A stretch of 63,804 nt of DNA, filler included, from Octopus bimaculoides (taxonomy: Eukaryota), in assembly GCF_001194135.2 (NCBI RefSeq). It is 5 parts of 4 records of this genome, joined end to end, with 100 filler letters (N's around TTAATTAATTAA, not from the genome) between each part and the next. Parts side by side here need not be neighbours in the genome. Positions count along the whole stretch, not along the records: positions 1 to 21,223 come from NC_068984.1; 4 more parts are not named here. One strand, given 5' to 3'. The notes under the pieces are model-generated. The model was not told where the DNA came from, did not search any database, and was given only the letters and a program-made list of their open reading frames with translations. The position numbers were made by a program, and so were the translations under genes. Positions 1-11,314 of the stretch are shown here, piece after piece (position 1 is the stretch's first letter; each line of letters begins with the position of its first letter).

Positions 1-55
<55 letters not shown>
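1..55. repeat. (AT)n microsatellite
   Basis: Perfect AT run at the window start, followed by a CA-rich tract. Confidence 0.95.
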
Positions 56-56
<1 letters not shown>

Positions 57-679
57 GCACACACACAGACACACACTCATGCACACACAGAGACACACAT
101 AGATAAATATTCATGCACTTATGTAATCATAACTTACCTACAGGCATTTTACACGATCGCAGCTCTGAGGTAAATATTAAAAATATATTTCTAACTCTGT
201 TAATATTCTCATGACAAGAGACATTGGAAAATTTCCTTCAAAAGTTTTCTCCAAATGCAAACACAACAAGCTTCTTGTATCTGTTTGAAACAGATGACAT
301 TTATATGTACTACTTCGAAGATCGGCTGTTAAACAGATGTCAAACTTCATCCCACATTCTCGAAGAAGTACCGTTATGGTTCTCTACATTAAGTTCTTTG
401 CATTGATTGTAAATTCAGATTTGTCCCCCTTGTTTATCCAATGGTGTGAAATAGCTGGCAGCGAAAGAGACAACCTGAAAATTTAATTTGAAAATGGATT
501 AGTGAAACTAAACAAGACTTTCTTAAAATGCATTCAACTTCTGCATTATTGTTGTTACTTGAAATTAGAACATTCTTAATCAGAAACCAATTTTGTCTTC
601 ATGGGAAGAATACAACCTATTAAACAAGACAACTTAAATTAATCTAAATATACGATCATATGGACAGATATTATTAGTT

Positions 680-1012
680 CATCTGTCGTTGTTAACTACG
701 ACTAACGATATCTCATTGAAGAAGAGTGGACATGGTGCGTCCGACTGTGGTCGATTAGTATGTTGTGTGTTTGGAAGGCTCTGACGCAGGTCAAGCACTG
801 GTAGTCTGCTAGGACTGAAGGCTGGTTGTCTACTAGGACTCTTGATTTGCGCAATTCGCGTTATCTTTGTGCCCCTGCGATCCTGCTCTGTTCGTAGGAG
901 GAGACACCTCTGTTGCTGTAGCGTCGCCAGGCAGGGCGATCTTCCACTTACGTTTCCCAAGCGTTGAGGTTGATCTCAGAGTTGTTCAGTGAGGTTTTGA
1001 GTATATCCTTTC
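680..1012 (-). mobile_element. Degenerate 3' end of RTE-clade LINE (ORF C-terminus with zinc-finger remnant plus 3' UTR)
   Basis: Minus-strand translation KDILKTSLNNSEINLNAWET*VEDRPAWRRYSNRGVSSYEQSRIAGAQR*RELRKSR...YQCLTCVRAFQT resembles the RTE/BovB-type C-terminus; in-frame stops present. Confidence 0.8.
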
Positions 1013-2259
1013 ATGTACATACCTACACGCATAAACTGACAACTTAATTCTAACTATATATGCCTATATACCTATGGAAGTGAACATGTATGATTTTTTT
1101 TCCTCTTTATAAACAAATCATTTTTACACGCTCACACACAACTTCGTAAAAATTAATAGAAAATGAGTGAGATAAGAAGATGCACCAGAGAAGAGAGTTA
1201 GGGTTGGCTGAAGCAGAGAGAAATATCTATTAAATAATTGATAAATTCATTACAGTTATTCTTTGAAAAAATAAATCTAGAAACGTAACCGCTTGTTTCA
1301 CCTACCAGGATGCTTATGTAACTTTACTATAATACAATGAAGCAATTTAGCCGACCCCTGTATTGGTGTTTTCACAGGGTCAGATAATTTCTGTCAGAAA
1401 GGAGGTCTTTTACTCTTCTTCCCACACTATAACTGCCAAAGTTCCTCTGTAAGTGTTTGTTTGGTTTTGCTTCAACACAATATAAACCTGTTGTGATATC
1501 TATTTTGCAACCTCGTTGGCTATTTTGTTTCACTTGCTTGGCTAATGCGCTTCGAAATATCATTAAAAGCCATTATTTTCCATCTTTAGTTGTTTATTTA
1601 AACAGGAACTTTATTCTATATAAATCCAGTAGAGTTAGCGTATATGAAAGCCGATTGTTCTAAACACTTTGAGTTTTCTTGGTCTCTGTTTTATGTCACT
1701 GATTTTTCAGTCCAGCTGACGTAATATTGCATGTCATTTTAATTAATCAATATTTCCAAAAGTAAATACCAAAGATAAAATAGAGACGATTTAGTAGACT
1801 AAATCCAAAGTATTCTTAATGTTGGTCATAAAGCAAAACAACACACTTTGTTTACTTGTGGAGGAAGTTTACTGCTTCGTAAACCTATTACTGTGGTGCT
1901 TTTATAACTTCAGAAAGAATTGATAGAATAAGAAACTTGAAATTGATTTTGTTTTTTCATGTTCAGGTTCAGAAGAGTTCAAGTGTGGTGAAAATCAATC
2001 CCAAAATCAAGCTAAATCTAACAACCAATGTTTCATTCTCGGCTGAGCCAGTTCATTCGTTTCTGCGACATTTTCCCAAGATTAAAAGCCCGGATCCGGA
2101 TTGTTTCCATCAAGATGACTTGTATGATACTAGCCATACTTGAGATAAATTGTTTACTCGAGATGCAACCACGCAATTATATTTTCATGTTTCATTTCAT
2201 TTTTATGTTACTTTATTAACATGACGTGGAAAATTATCATCGAGCTATGATTAACTCGT

Positions 2260-2480
2260 GGAGGCGCGTGGCTTAGTGGTTAGAGTGTTGCACTCCTGAT
2301 CGTAAGATTGTAGTTTCGATTCCTGGACCGGGCTACGGACTTCATTTCACTTTGCTCCAGTTCACTCAGCAGGCGAAAAAGTGAGTGATCCTGCCACGGT
2401 CTGGCGTCCCGTCCAGAGGGGATTTATGCACCACGGAAATGGAGAAAGCGCTCCGGTGAGTTTATATGACTCGGAAAAGT
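2260..2480 (+). mobile_element. tRNA-derived SINE (head H; body with TTGCTCCAGT box and V-like CTGGCGTCCCGTCCAG segment)
   Basis: A-box GTGGCTTAGTGG and B-box GTTTCGATTCC in a tRNA-like head. Body partly shared with the SINE at 30450. Confidence 0.75.
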
Positions 2481-4892
2481 TCTGTATCTGTATGAATATC
2501 TCCTGCTAAAACTGCAGTAATTTTAGAGATTTTCCCCAGCCAAGTCAATTTCCCTATCATAAAATATTAGGTCATGGTGGGAGAGTCATTTACCTCTAAA
2601 CGTTAAAGTTAGTGCCAAGAGAAATTCCTGCCTTGAATCTCCCAACAATCAGTGCTTCTGCTATTTGAAGTGAGGCACTATAATTACACACACAGAAATA
2701 CCTACATGTTACTATCCAAGAGTTTTTTCAACCCGTTATTCGCATGCTCTTAATTATAGCTGTGTGTGATGCGTTTCGAGATTCATTGTTCCAGAAAATT
2801 TATACACTGCTCGTAGCCTAGATCAATGCTAGATTTCGATTTTGCTTACGAATCCTCAAATGTAGGCGTCAAGATACGATCCATCGAATCTTTACTGACC
2901 AGTCAGAAATGCAACGATTCTATTATCTGCGCCTCCTACGTTTCAATGCGTCGAACGTAAATATATTTAATTATATCACTCGTCTTTTGCCTATGGAGTA
3001 CTCAAGGTATATATAGTAACGATCACGTATGAATACAATTAGTTTCATTGCTTTCGTTCGCAAATCTTTTAGCCAGAATTGAATTTTGGTTGCCATATCA
3101 GTCTATTATACGGAAAGTTTATATTCAAAGCTTCACCATATTATAAGAAACCATGGATTTATCAATCACAATTTCTTACATGTCTCAGTATGCTAATAAG
3201 CTATCTGCACTTTTTGCAGTGCGTAATCTGAACTGAGAACCAAGATATTCTCCCATTAAAAAATTTAATGATGTAGCTATTAATTCTGTAAGAGAGGTAT
3301 TTACTTTTTTTCCTTCAATTTAATCGCCAGGTTACTAGTATTCGATGCGACTAGTCTTAGTCTGTAGGGATAAATTTAAATCTTGCAAAAATTACATTAA
3401 AATCTAGTTGCCTTGGTATTTAACAATTCCTTATTTATTTTGTCAGTAAACTGATAACGCAACTCGAAACATTTTAACTTACTGCTAAACATTTATTGAG
3501 CACTCGTTGTATTCCTTTAAAATGGTCTCGACCACTTCCACTTCCGTAGTGTTCATCACAGTTACGATAACATTCTACATGTGGTGATGCAATTCTTCTG
3601 AATTGCAGCCTGAAATCGATACAGTTTAAAAATTCTAACTTTCGAAATAACAGCCCGACATCTAGCACGGCAAAGAGAACGAACACTTTTCGTTCGCTTT
3701 TGCTTTAGTGATGGATTCTTTACTTTACAAACGCAGCCTTCATGTTTTGCATTGAAGAAATGGTCAAGGATCTTCTCTAATCACATTGTTTAGATTGCTA
3801 GCTATCTCACACCTCTGATATATTTCTCTCTATAACTAGCATTTCATAAATAACCATGAATTTTGACCTTAGCGCTTTCTTTAAAGCAGCCCAACACCAC
3901 TTGTTGTTCGTCAAACACCAACTGCTGTTTAACTACATCCCTTAACTGGTTTCTGGAGTTTTTTCACACCGGGAAGGAGGTAGTATTCACCGTTTAGTCG
4001 GGCTTCTATGAAAAAACCCTATCTAAATCAACCACGTTGATCACAACTTTGAAGCCTCTGTTGCCGACCGTTTTTAATTGTGGATACCATATACAATTTA
4101 TGTCCGCTGATCGTATGAAAACTTTATTCAGTAAGATCTATTTAAGCCACTGTAGTTGCACCATGTCCACACTAGCATATTTTGGAAAATCCAAGCAGTA
4201 TTTTAAATAAAATTATCTGGGCATGTTCTCGACGCCTTTTTGCACCCCATGTATTATGACTTAATCCGTACAATATGATTGTACATCTAATATATCAGAT
4301 TATCCCATAATTAATGTCGTTGTTTTGTAATAGGCTTTGAAGAAATAAAAAAAAGCAAATAAGGTACCAATTTAATCAACTCTATATTTCCCATCTGAAC
4401 CAATAATATTCTTCCAAAACTGTAAAAGGTTTTTTCTTATACCGTTCCTATAGAAATCAGTTGACTTAGGAGAGAAAAACTCTTGAAAGTCCGTTTCAAG
4501 TGCCTCTAAGGAATTGTATTCTTTTCCATCATTAAAACTTTGCAAGCTTCGGAATAAATGATAATCCGAAGAAACAAGATCAAGAGAATACAGATGTGGA
4601 AGCCTTCTCCAACCTCGCTCCTCAATCTTGGCATCTGTGAATCTTGCATTAAGAGGTCTGGTATAGACATGATGGACAATCACACCATTTCGATTGACGA
4701 GAGAGCATCTTCTTTCTGTTTTTCATTCAGTTTGTCTAGTTTTGGTGCAAGGTTTCAAAGTGTATCACACCAAACGTGTCCCACTAAACGTTGAACAAAA
4801 TTTTCCGTGGATGAATATCTTGTTTTGAATGCGGTCTTGATTGTTCTCCTGGTTGAAGCCATTGATGTCGTGGTTTAACAATTTTATAGTGT

Positions 4893-5123
4893 TATTTCTT
4901 TACTACCCACAAGGGGCTACACACAGGGAGGACAAATAAGGACAGACAAACGGATTAAGTCGATTATATCGACCCCAGTGCGTAACTGGTACCTATTTAA
5001 TCGACCCCGAAAGGATGAAAGGCAAAGTCGACCTCAGCGAAATTTGAACTCAGAACGTAGCAGCAGAGGAAATACCGCTAAGCATTTCGCCCGGCATGCT
5101 AACGTTTCTGCCAGCTCGCCGCC
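4893..5123 (-). mobile_element. tRNA-derived SINE family A (GGCGAGCTGGCAGAAACGTTAGC head; CCTTTCATCCTTTCGGGGTCGAT core), tail type 1
   Basis: Complete copy flanked by a 7-bp TSD ATAGTGT (4886-4892 and 5124-5130), inserted into the mariner ORF. Confidence 0.9.
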
Positions 5124-5708
5124 ATAGTGTATCCACCTTATAGTGTATCCACCCTTCATCACCGGTCACTAGCCTGCTAAAAAATTGGAGGAGTTTTTTT
5201 CTCTCACGTGAATAAAGAGCAATGCTGATATTGACACGTTATTTTCAATTGTTACCACTCAGTTCACGTGGAACTCATTTGGCAAGTTTAGACACGATTT
5301 CAAGTACTTGTAAATTGCGATAGATAGGTGATGACGACGAATTAACCTTTTCTGCTAACTCTTCAACAGTTGCATATTGATTTTTCCAGTAGCTGTATTT
5401 AACACATCATTATCAAAAGAGATAGGGCACCCAGAGCAGCGGTCCTCCTCCAAGCTAAAGTCGCCTTGTTTACATTTATGGAATCATCGTTGGCGCTTGC
5501 GAACATTTCTTGCACATTTTTACAGCATTTGTTGCATTGTTGCCTTTTGTATACTCGTAAAGCATGACGTCTCTAAGGTGTTCTTCTGTGACCTCCGAGG
5601 GGCTATTAAAGCAACAAGTTATTATTTGTGTGTCTGAATCTATCTATCTGAAGGTAGAATCTATCTAACTGATGCTTTTCTTGTTCAATGCTATTTATAT
5701 ACCTATGG

Positions 5709-6112
5709 TGGAGGCGCAATGGCCCAGTGGTTAGGGCAGCGGACTCGCGGTCGTTGGATTGCGGTTTCGATTCCCAGACCGGTCGTTGTGAGTGTTTATT
5801 GAGCGAAAACACCTAAAGCTCCACGAGGCTCCGGCAGGGGTGGTGGTGGCGAATCCTGCTGTACTCTTCCACCACAAATTTCTCTCACTCTTTCTCCCTG
5901 TTTCTGTAGTACCTGTATTTCAAAGGGTCAGCCTTGTCACAGTCTGTATCACGCTGAATCTCCCCTCGATAACTACGTTAAGGGGTACACGTGTCTGCGG
6001 AGTGCTCAGCCACTTGCACGTTAATTTCACGAGCAGGCTGTTCCGTTGATCGGATCAATTGGAACCCTGGACGTCGTAAGCGACGGAGTGCCAACCAAAA
6101 AAAAAAAAAAAA
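5709..6112 (+). mobile_element. tRNA-derived SINE family O (possibly octopus OR-type), full length with A-rich tail
   Basis: GGAGGCGCAATGGCCCAGTGGTTAGGGCAGCGGACTC head with B-box GTTTCGATTCC. Near-identical copies at 34690 and 62300, plus a 5' fragment at 29784. Confidence 0.9.
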
Positions 6113-6332
6113 AATACACTTATGAAAAGATCTTGTTTAAACGTGTTTGAGTATGTTTCAACAGGTACGGCCTGAAAAGCGACAAGACTTGTGGGATAAT
6201 CTGAAATACTTGTAATCCCTTACTGGTGATAAAGAGTAGGCCCTTCCCGGCAAATTTTTAGTCATCTGATTTGTTTTATACCTTATAAATATAGAATTTG
6301 ATATATAGGTTTATAATCAGCCATAACCTCAC

Positions 6333-6613
6333 CTCTGGTAATTTCCTGTTATTGCTGCTACTGCTGTTTTTGTTGTTGTTGCAGTTATTTCTGATAATGA
6401 AATGACACTGCATTCTTGTTCTAACTTTTCAAAGAAAATTATTGTTTTGTTTTGTTCGACTGGGTGTTTAGTTTTGTTGATTTTTATTGACAACTCTTTT
6501 AAGAATCTAAACTGATACCTGTCTGTGCTATTTTCTCTTTTTGTGATTCCTCTACTCAAGGGAATCATTAGTTTTAGACTTTGTACATTAAAATACATCG
6601 TAGTCATATATTC
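6333..6613 (-). CDS. Candidate internal coding exon of unknown gene (weak)
   Basis: Acceptor GTATTTTATCAG|G and donor AG|GTGAGG bound a 281-nt stretch open in one frame (EYMTTMYFNVQSLKL...AAITGNYQR), with three N-X-S/T sequons. No recognisable family. Confidence 0.25.
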
Positions 6614-7074
6614 CTGATAAAATACGGATTCTTGTCAAGGAATAATAATATTCAGTGCAGAGAAATGGAAGAGAGAGAAAGGGGACAGATAGAGAGAAAA
6701 AGAAAGAAAGAGAGAGGGAGAGGAGAGAGAAAGAGAGAGGAAGAAAAAGAAAGAAAAAACGTAAGAGAGAAAGGAAGAGAGAATGAGAAGAAAAAGGACA
6801 GCACGACGGAGAGAAGAGAAAATTGGTGCAAAATATGTCGCTTTTGTGCGTACCAAGTGAAACTGACAGAAGTTTTGAAACCATGGCTACAAAAGCTAGT
6901 AGAGTGATAGTTTAGCCTACTGCCGTCAATGCTATTATGTCATCATATATCGTAGGGTTTGATAAGACAATTTGTGGGAAAAACTCTAAACCATAATAGT
7001 AAGAGGAAAAACAGTGTAAGTAAACATAAACATCAAAAACGTTCAAAGCAATAGAAACATTGAGCAAATTGTTT

Positions 7075-7242
7075 GTCGGCATGGGCTGCATGGTAAAGCA
7101 GTTCATTTCGCAACCAGGTGGTTTCGGGTTCGGCACCATTGCGCGTTACCCTGGGCGAGTATCTTCTATTTAGTACCAGGCTGACCAATGCCTCATGAGT
7201 TAATTTGATAGACAGAAACTGTGTGGAAGCTCATTTTGTACG
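7075..7242 (+). mobile_element. Diverged SINE family B head
   Basis: Diverged match to the GGCGCAGGAGTGGCTGTGTGGTAAG...CTTGGGCAAGTGTCTTCTACTATAG copies at 9653, 9982 and 52018. Confidence 0.7.
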
Positions 7243-7524
7243 CTCACAAACACTCGCACAAACACATATGCATTACATCTCTTCTTAATATAAATCTGAG
7301 TGATGTTTCTCTGTCCGTTACGTATCTATGTTCGTTAACTCTTCCTAGACCGTTGGTGCAAAAATAATGAAACTCAAATCGCGATTTGAAATCAGAACGT
7401 AAAGAGTCAGAAGTAATACTGCAAATCGTTTTTTTCCGGATGCTGTTAGGATTCTTCCACACTGTTGGTAAAACTACAGAAGGGCCTATCTTTTGTCAAT
7501 GCTACCAATCAATAGAACGCATGT

Positions 7525-7561
<37 letters not shown>

Positions 7562-7877
7562 AACAAAAAAAAACATTCGTGACATTAGCCCGCGAATATC
7601 CAATTGGCAGAGTAATTTGAATTTCCGACGAAATAGTTTACCGTATTAATCCCATTTTTTTTCCGTTCGAGACAGCACTTAAGTACTTTCAGGTATACAC
7701 CTTGCAGTATGCTATTTGAAGCTCGTTCACAGTATTCGGGCACGTGATTTCAACAGAAGTATGGAGGTGTATGCTGCAGGATTTACTGCAGGATTTCCTT
7801 TGTGTTCGTATAGCAAAGTAGAAATGGGAAACAAGGTAAAAAAAATAGAACTGGAATACTGGAGGCAGTGTAATATG

Positions 7878-8020
7878 CTTTATTAATAAAGCAGCAAAGA
7901 CATCACAAAAAGTGTTACTCAGAGTTTCACGTTACTGTTCGTCGGACGGAAGCCAAAACTGTCCGACGAACGGAAACGAGTAACAGATTTTGTGATGTTT
8001 TTGCAGCTTTATTAATAAAG
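7878..8020. repeat. 143-nt foldback (long inverted repeat) containing a hammerhead-like core
   Basis: Arms CTTTATTAATAAAGCAGCAAAGACATCACAAAA...GTTCGTCGGACGG and CTGTCCGACGAAC...TTTTGTGATGTTTTTGCAGCTTTATTAATAAAG around a 9-nt loop. Related copy at 37992-38056. Confidence 0.85.
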
Positions 8021-8446
8021 TATATATNNNNNNNNNNNNNNNNNNNNNNNNNNNNNNNNNNNNNNNNNNNNNNNNNNNNNNNNNNNNNNNNNNNNNNNNN
8101 NNNNNNNNNNNNNNNNNNNNNNNNNNNNNNNNNNNNNNNNNNNNNNNNNNNNNNNNNNNNNNNNNNNNNNNNNNNNNNNNNNNNNNNNNNNNNNNNNNNN
8201 NNNNNNNNNNNNNNNNNNNNNNNNNNNNNNNNNNNNNNNNNNNNNNNNNNNNNNNNNNNNNNNNNNNNNNNNNNNNNNNNNNNNNNNNNNNNNNNNNNNN
8301 NNNNNNNNNNNNNNNNNNNNNNNNNNNNNNNNNNNNNNNNNNNNNNNNNNNNNNNNNNNNNNNNNNNNNNNNNNNNNNNNNNNNNNNNNNNNNNNNNNNN
8401 NNNNNNNNNNNNNNNNNNNNNNNNNNNTATATATGGACACACAGAC

Positions 8447-8517
<71 letters not shown>

Positions 8518-8518
8518 C
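8447..8518. repeat. (GATA)n microsatellite
   Basis: Perfect tetranucleotide run next to an assembly gap. Confidence 0.95.
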
Positions 8519-9052
8519 ACTCTCTCTCTCTCACACACTTATAATTTGTTGAAGTACTTGTTGATGCTGGTATTACTACTATTGGACTTCCTCATCAATA
8601 TTATCATCCCCATCATCATACATCCACCAGCGTCCCTTCAATTCTATCATCATCATCATTATAGTTTTCATTATCATCATCTTTATTACTCCCACCCGTG
8701 ATCATAGTTGTCACCGTTGTTTTTGTCGGATATGCTTAATATGTGTTATTGCATTTGTTCAACGTTTTGCAGATATTCTTATGAATGAATTATTTAATTT
8801 TTGCAGATAAATAAATGATAGAACAGAAATAAGAATTGGAAATAAAGAAGTTGTGAAATAACAATAGGAGAGAAATAGGAGAAGAAACGCATGAAAACAG
8901 ACGATGAATGAAGAAACAAAAGCGGATTTATTGAATATCTCATGTTTTACGGAAATAGTTGAAAGAAAGGAATTAGCTGTAGAGATATTTGCACGAAAAA
9001 AGCTGCTGGAGGCCAGAAGCCCACCAAGTGAGATGTCTTTTGATGGACAATT

Positions 9053-9053
9053 C

Positions 9054-9112
<59 letters not shown>

Positions 9113-9197
9113 CAACAACAGCGACAACTGCTTTCTAGCCAGCAAGAGATACACAACAATACAACAGAAATAATAACAATAATAATAATAATAGTAA

Positions 9198-9265
<68 letters not shown>
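9053..9265. repeat. Compound (AAT)n/(AAC)n/(AGT)n trinucleotide microsatellite
   Basis: Read directly; explains the poly-N/T/Y/L ORFs here. Confidence 0.95.
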
Positions 9266-9319
9266 ATCTGAGGACTGTGGATCGAAACAAGTTTCAAGAA
9301 AAAAAAACATCATCAGCAA

Positions 9320-9600
9320 TAAATAGTGTTACTGATAAGATTTCATGGGAATACATTAAAGATAGCAACACATTGTTATTCGGAGGTGTTAATGTAATTT
9401 CGGAATTGTTGGAGAAAGGAAAAAGAGAAAAAAAGAAGAACTAGCAGATACTCTGGTAGAGAATGTGGGTACTGATGAAGATGGGAGACTTTTCGAAGAT
9501 TAGACCGATGGTAGCTAAGAAAATTGAAGAATGGTAGAGGAGATGAAATTTATCAGGTAAGTAAAAAAACAGATAAAGGTGAGTGGAATGGAGACAATGG
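9320..9600 (+). mobile_element. Degenerate R4/Dong-like (RLE-type) non-LTR retrotransposon, N-terminal region
   Basis: WEYIKDSNTLLFGGVNVISELLEKGKREKKKN*QILW*RM resembles the pre-RT region of R4/Dong-like elements. The RT fragment at 10790 is on the same strand. Confidence 0.45.
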
Positions 9601-9652
9601 TCGAAATATGATAAAGCAGAGATAAAGAGAAAAGTAAGGAATACGATGAAAT

Positions 9653-9815
9653 TGCACAGACGTGGCTGTGTAGTAAGAAGCTTGCTTCCTAACCACATGG
9701 TTCAGGGTTCAGTCCCATTGCATGGCACCTTGGGCAAGTGTCTTCTACTATAGCCTCGGACTGACGAAAGCCTTGTGAGTAGATTTTGTAGACAGAAAAT
9801 GAAAAAGTCCATCGT
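9653..9815 (+). mobile_element. SINE family B head (tRNA-like plus CORE-like CTTGGGCAAGTGTC)
   Basis: Close match to the copies at 9982 and 52018. Confidence 0.85.
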
Positions 9816-9981
9816 ATATATATATAAATATATAGATATATATTGTTTCAAATTGTTTGAAAAACCTACACGACTAGGTGAAAAGCGCTTCATTTAATAT
9901 GTGACATTAATAAAAATCTGTAAATGTACAAACATCCAGGTTTCTGAGTACCTTAATTAAAATTTTATATATATATATATA

Positions 9982-10485
9982 GGCGCAGGAATGGCTACGT
10001 GGTAAGTAGCTTGCTTACCAACCACATGGTTGTCTTCTACTATAACCTCGAGCCGACTAAAAACTTGTGAGTGGATTTGGTAGACGGAAACTGAGAGAAT
10101 CCCGTCATATAAGACCCGGCAAGCCAAGTAAGAGCGTTGCNNNNNNNNNNNNNNNNNNNNNNNNNNNNNNNNNNNNNNNNNNNNNNNNNNNNNNNNNNNN
10201 NNNNNNNNNNNNNNNNNNNNNNNNNNNNNNNNNNNNNNNNNNNNNNNNNNNNNNNNNNNNNNNNNNNNNNNNNNNNNNNNNNNNNNNNNNNNNNCGAGCG
10301 TGGCCGTTTTCGTGCGGGTGACACGTAAAAGCACCCACTACACTCTCTGAGTGGTTGGCGTTAGGAAGGGCATCCAGCTGTAGAAACTCTGCCAAATCAG
10401 ACTGGAGCCTGGTGTTGCCATCCGGTTTCACCAGTCCTCAGTCAAATCGTCCAACCCATGCTAGCATGGAAAGCGGACGTTAAAC

Positions 10486-10521
<36 letters not shown>

Positions 10522-10750
10522 ATATATATATGTATGTATGTGTGTGTGTGTCTATGTGTCTGTGCTTGTCCCCACACCATCGCCTGACAACCGATGCTGG
10601 TGTGTTTACGTCCCCGTCAATTAGCGGTTCGTCAAAGAAAACCGATATAATAAGTACTAGGCTTACAAAGAATAAGTCCTGGGGTCAATTTGTTCGACTA
10701 AAGGCGGTGCTCCAGTATGACCGCAATCAAATGAATGAAACACACAAAAG
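9982..10750 (+). mobile_element. SINE family B (head 9982-10110, microsatellite, tail 10555-10750) interrupted by a family G element
   Basis: Head with an internal deletion; tail TGACAACCGATGCTGGTGTGTTTACGTCCCCG...AAGGCGGTGCTCCAG...ATGAATGAAAC. Confidence 0.8.
10111..10521 (+). mobile_element. Family G non-autonomous retroelement with (GAT)n tail (probably RTE-mobilised)
   Basis: GGCGTTAGGAAGGGCATCCAGCTGTAGAAA motif and CCCATGCTAGCATGGAAAGCGGACGTTAAAC(GAT)n 3' end. Other copies at 50354 and 56841 on the minus strand. Spans an N-gap. Confidence 0.8.
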
Positions 10751-10789
10751 AATAAATATATACATTGATAAAACGTAGTAAATGTACTG

Positions 10790-11215
10790 GAATAGATTTA
10801 CGTATAAGAAATATATAAATATCTGGCAATACTGGAAAGCGGCAAAAATCAAAAGTACAGAAAGGAAGCAAACTATCAATAAAGTATATTTTTACTGGAT
10901 GTAGACAACTCTGAAAAGCAAAGCGAATGCAAGGAAACAGCATAGAAACAATCAATTTGAAGGTAAGATTAGTGCTTAAACATAGCACAGGATTTATTGA
11001 TTGGAGAAAGGAAGAGCTAAAGGATATCGTCAGAAAAACGTCGGTGCATCACACAATGCACAGGAGCATGCATCCCAATCGGATGTGAGGTGGATATAAT
11101 GGAAGGAGGAAGAGAGTTAATGAGTGCGGAAGAGTTAGTAGAACAAGGAAAGATAATTCTAGGTTCCTATTTTGAAGAAAAAGAACACTCCTTAAGATGG
11201 TAGTTCGCGAAGGTC
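10790..11215 (+). mobile_element. Degenerate R4/Dong-like non-LTR retrotransposon, RT C-terminal/thumb region
   Basis: EIYKYLAILES...KHSTGFIDWRKEELKDIVRKTSVHHTMHRSMHP...EGGRELMSAEELVE matches the YKYLG...YSAGII.W...EL..LDRKTR..LHP...GGRGL pattern; frameshifted. Confidence 0.8.
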
Positions 11216-11314
11216 TGTTTACAGAATGTGTAGAACACAGAACAGGAAAGAAGAAAATCTGGGGAATTGGAAATCAATATTTGACGGACGGTCGTTTCAC
11301 TCAAGCAGTTTATT

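Larger units (their letters stand above)
4291..6208 (-). mobile_element. Full-length degenerate mariner transposon with two nested SINE insertions
   Basis: TIRs at 4291-4319 and 6180-6208 match at 24/29 nt and have TA ends. Transposase motifs on minus strand: HLRDVMLYEY, GDFSLEEDRCSG, K*VPREL, VTGDEGWIHY, LYSLDLVSSDYHLFRSLQ. Length without the SINEs is about 1.28 kb. Confidence 0.85.

Noticed and set aside
1372-1700. Helitron helicase-like peptide (LAVIVWEE), and a similar hint at 21450-21700
   Set aside because: Similarity is limited to a few residues, with no supporting motifs.
5709-5785. tRNA genes at SINE heads (also 2260, 9982, 34690, 52018, 62300)
   Set aside because: No complete cloverleaf or acceptor stem, and they continue into repeated SINE bodies with tails and TSDs.
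9283-9325. CTGAGGA...GAAA (+) and CTGATGA...GAAA (-) boxes
   Set aside because: No stem II or stem I pairing on either strand.
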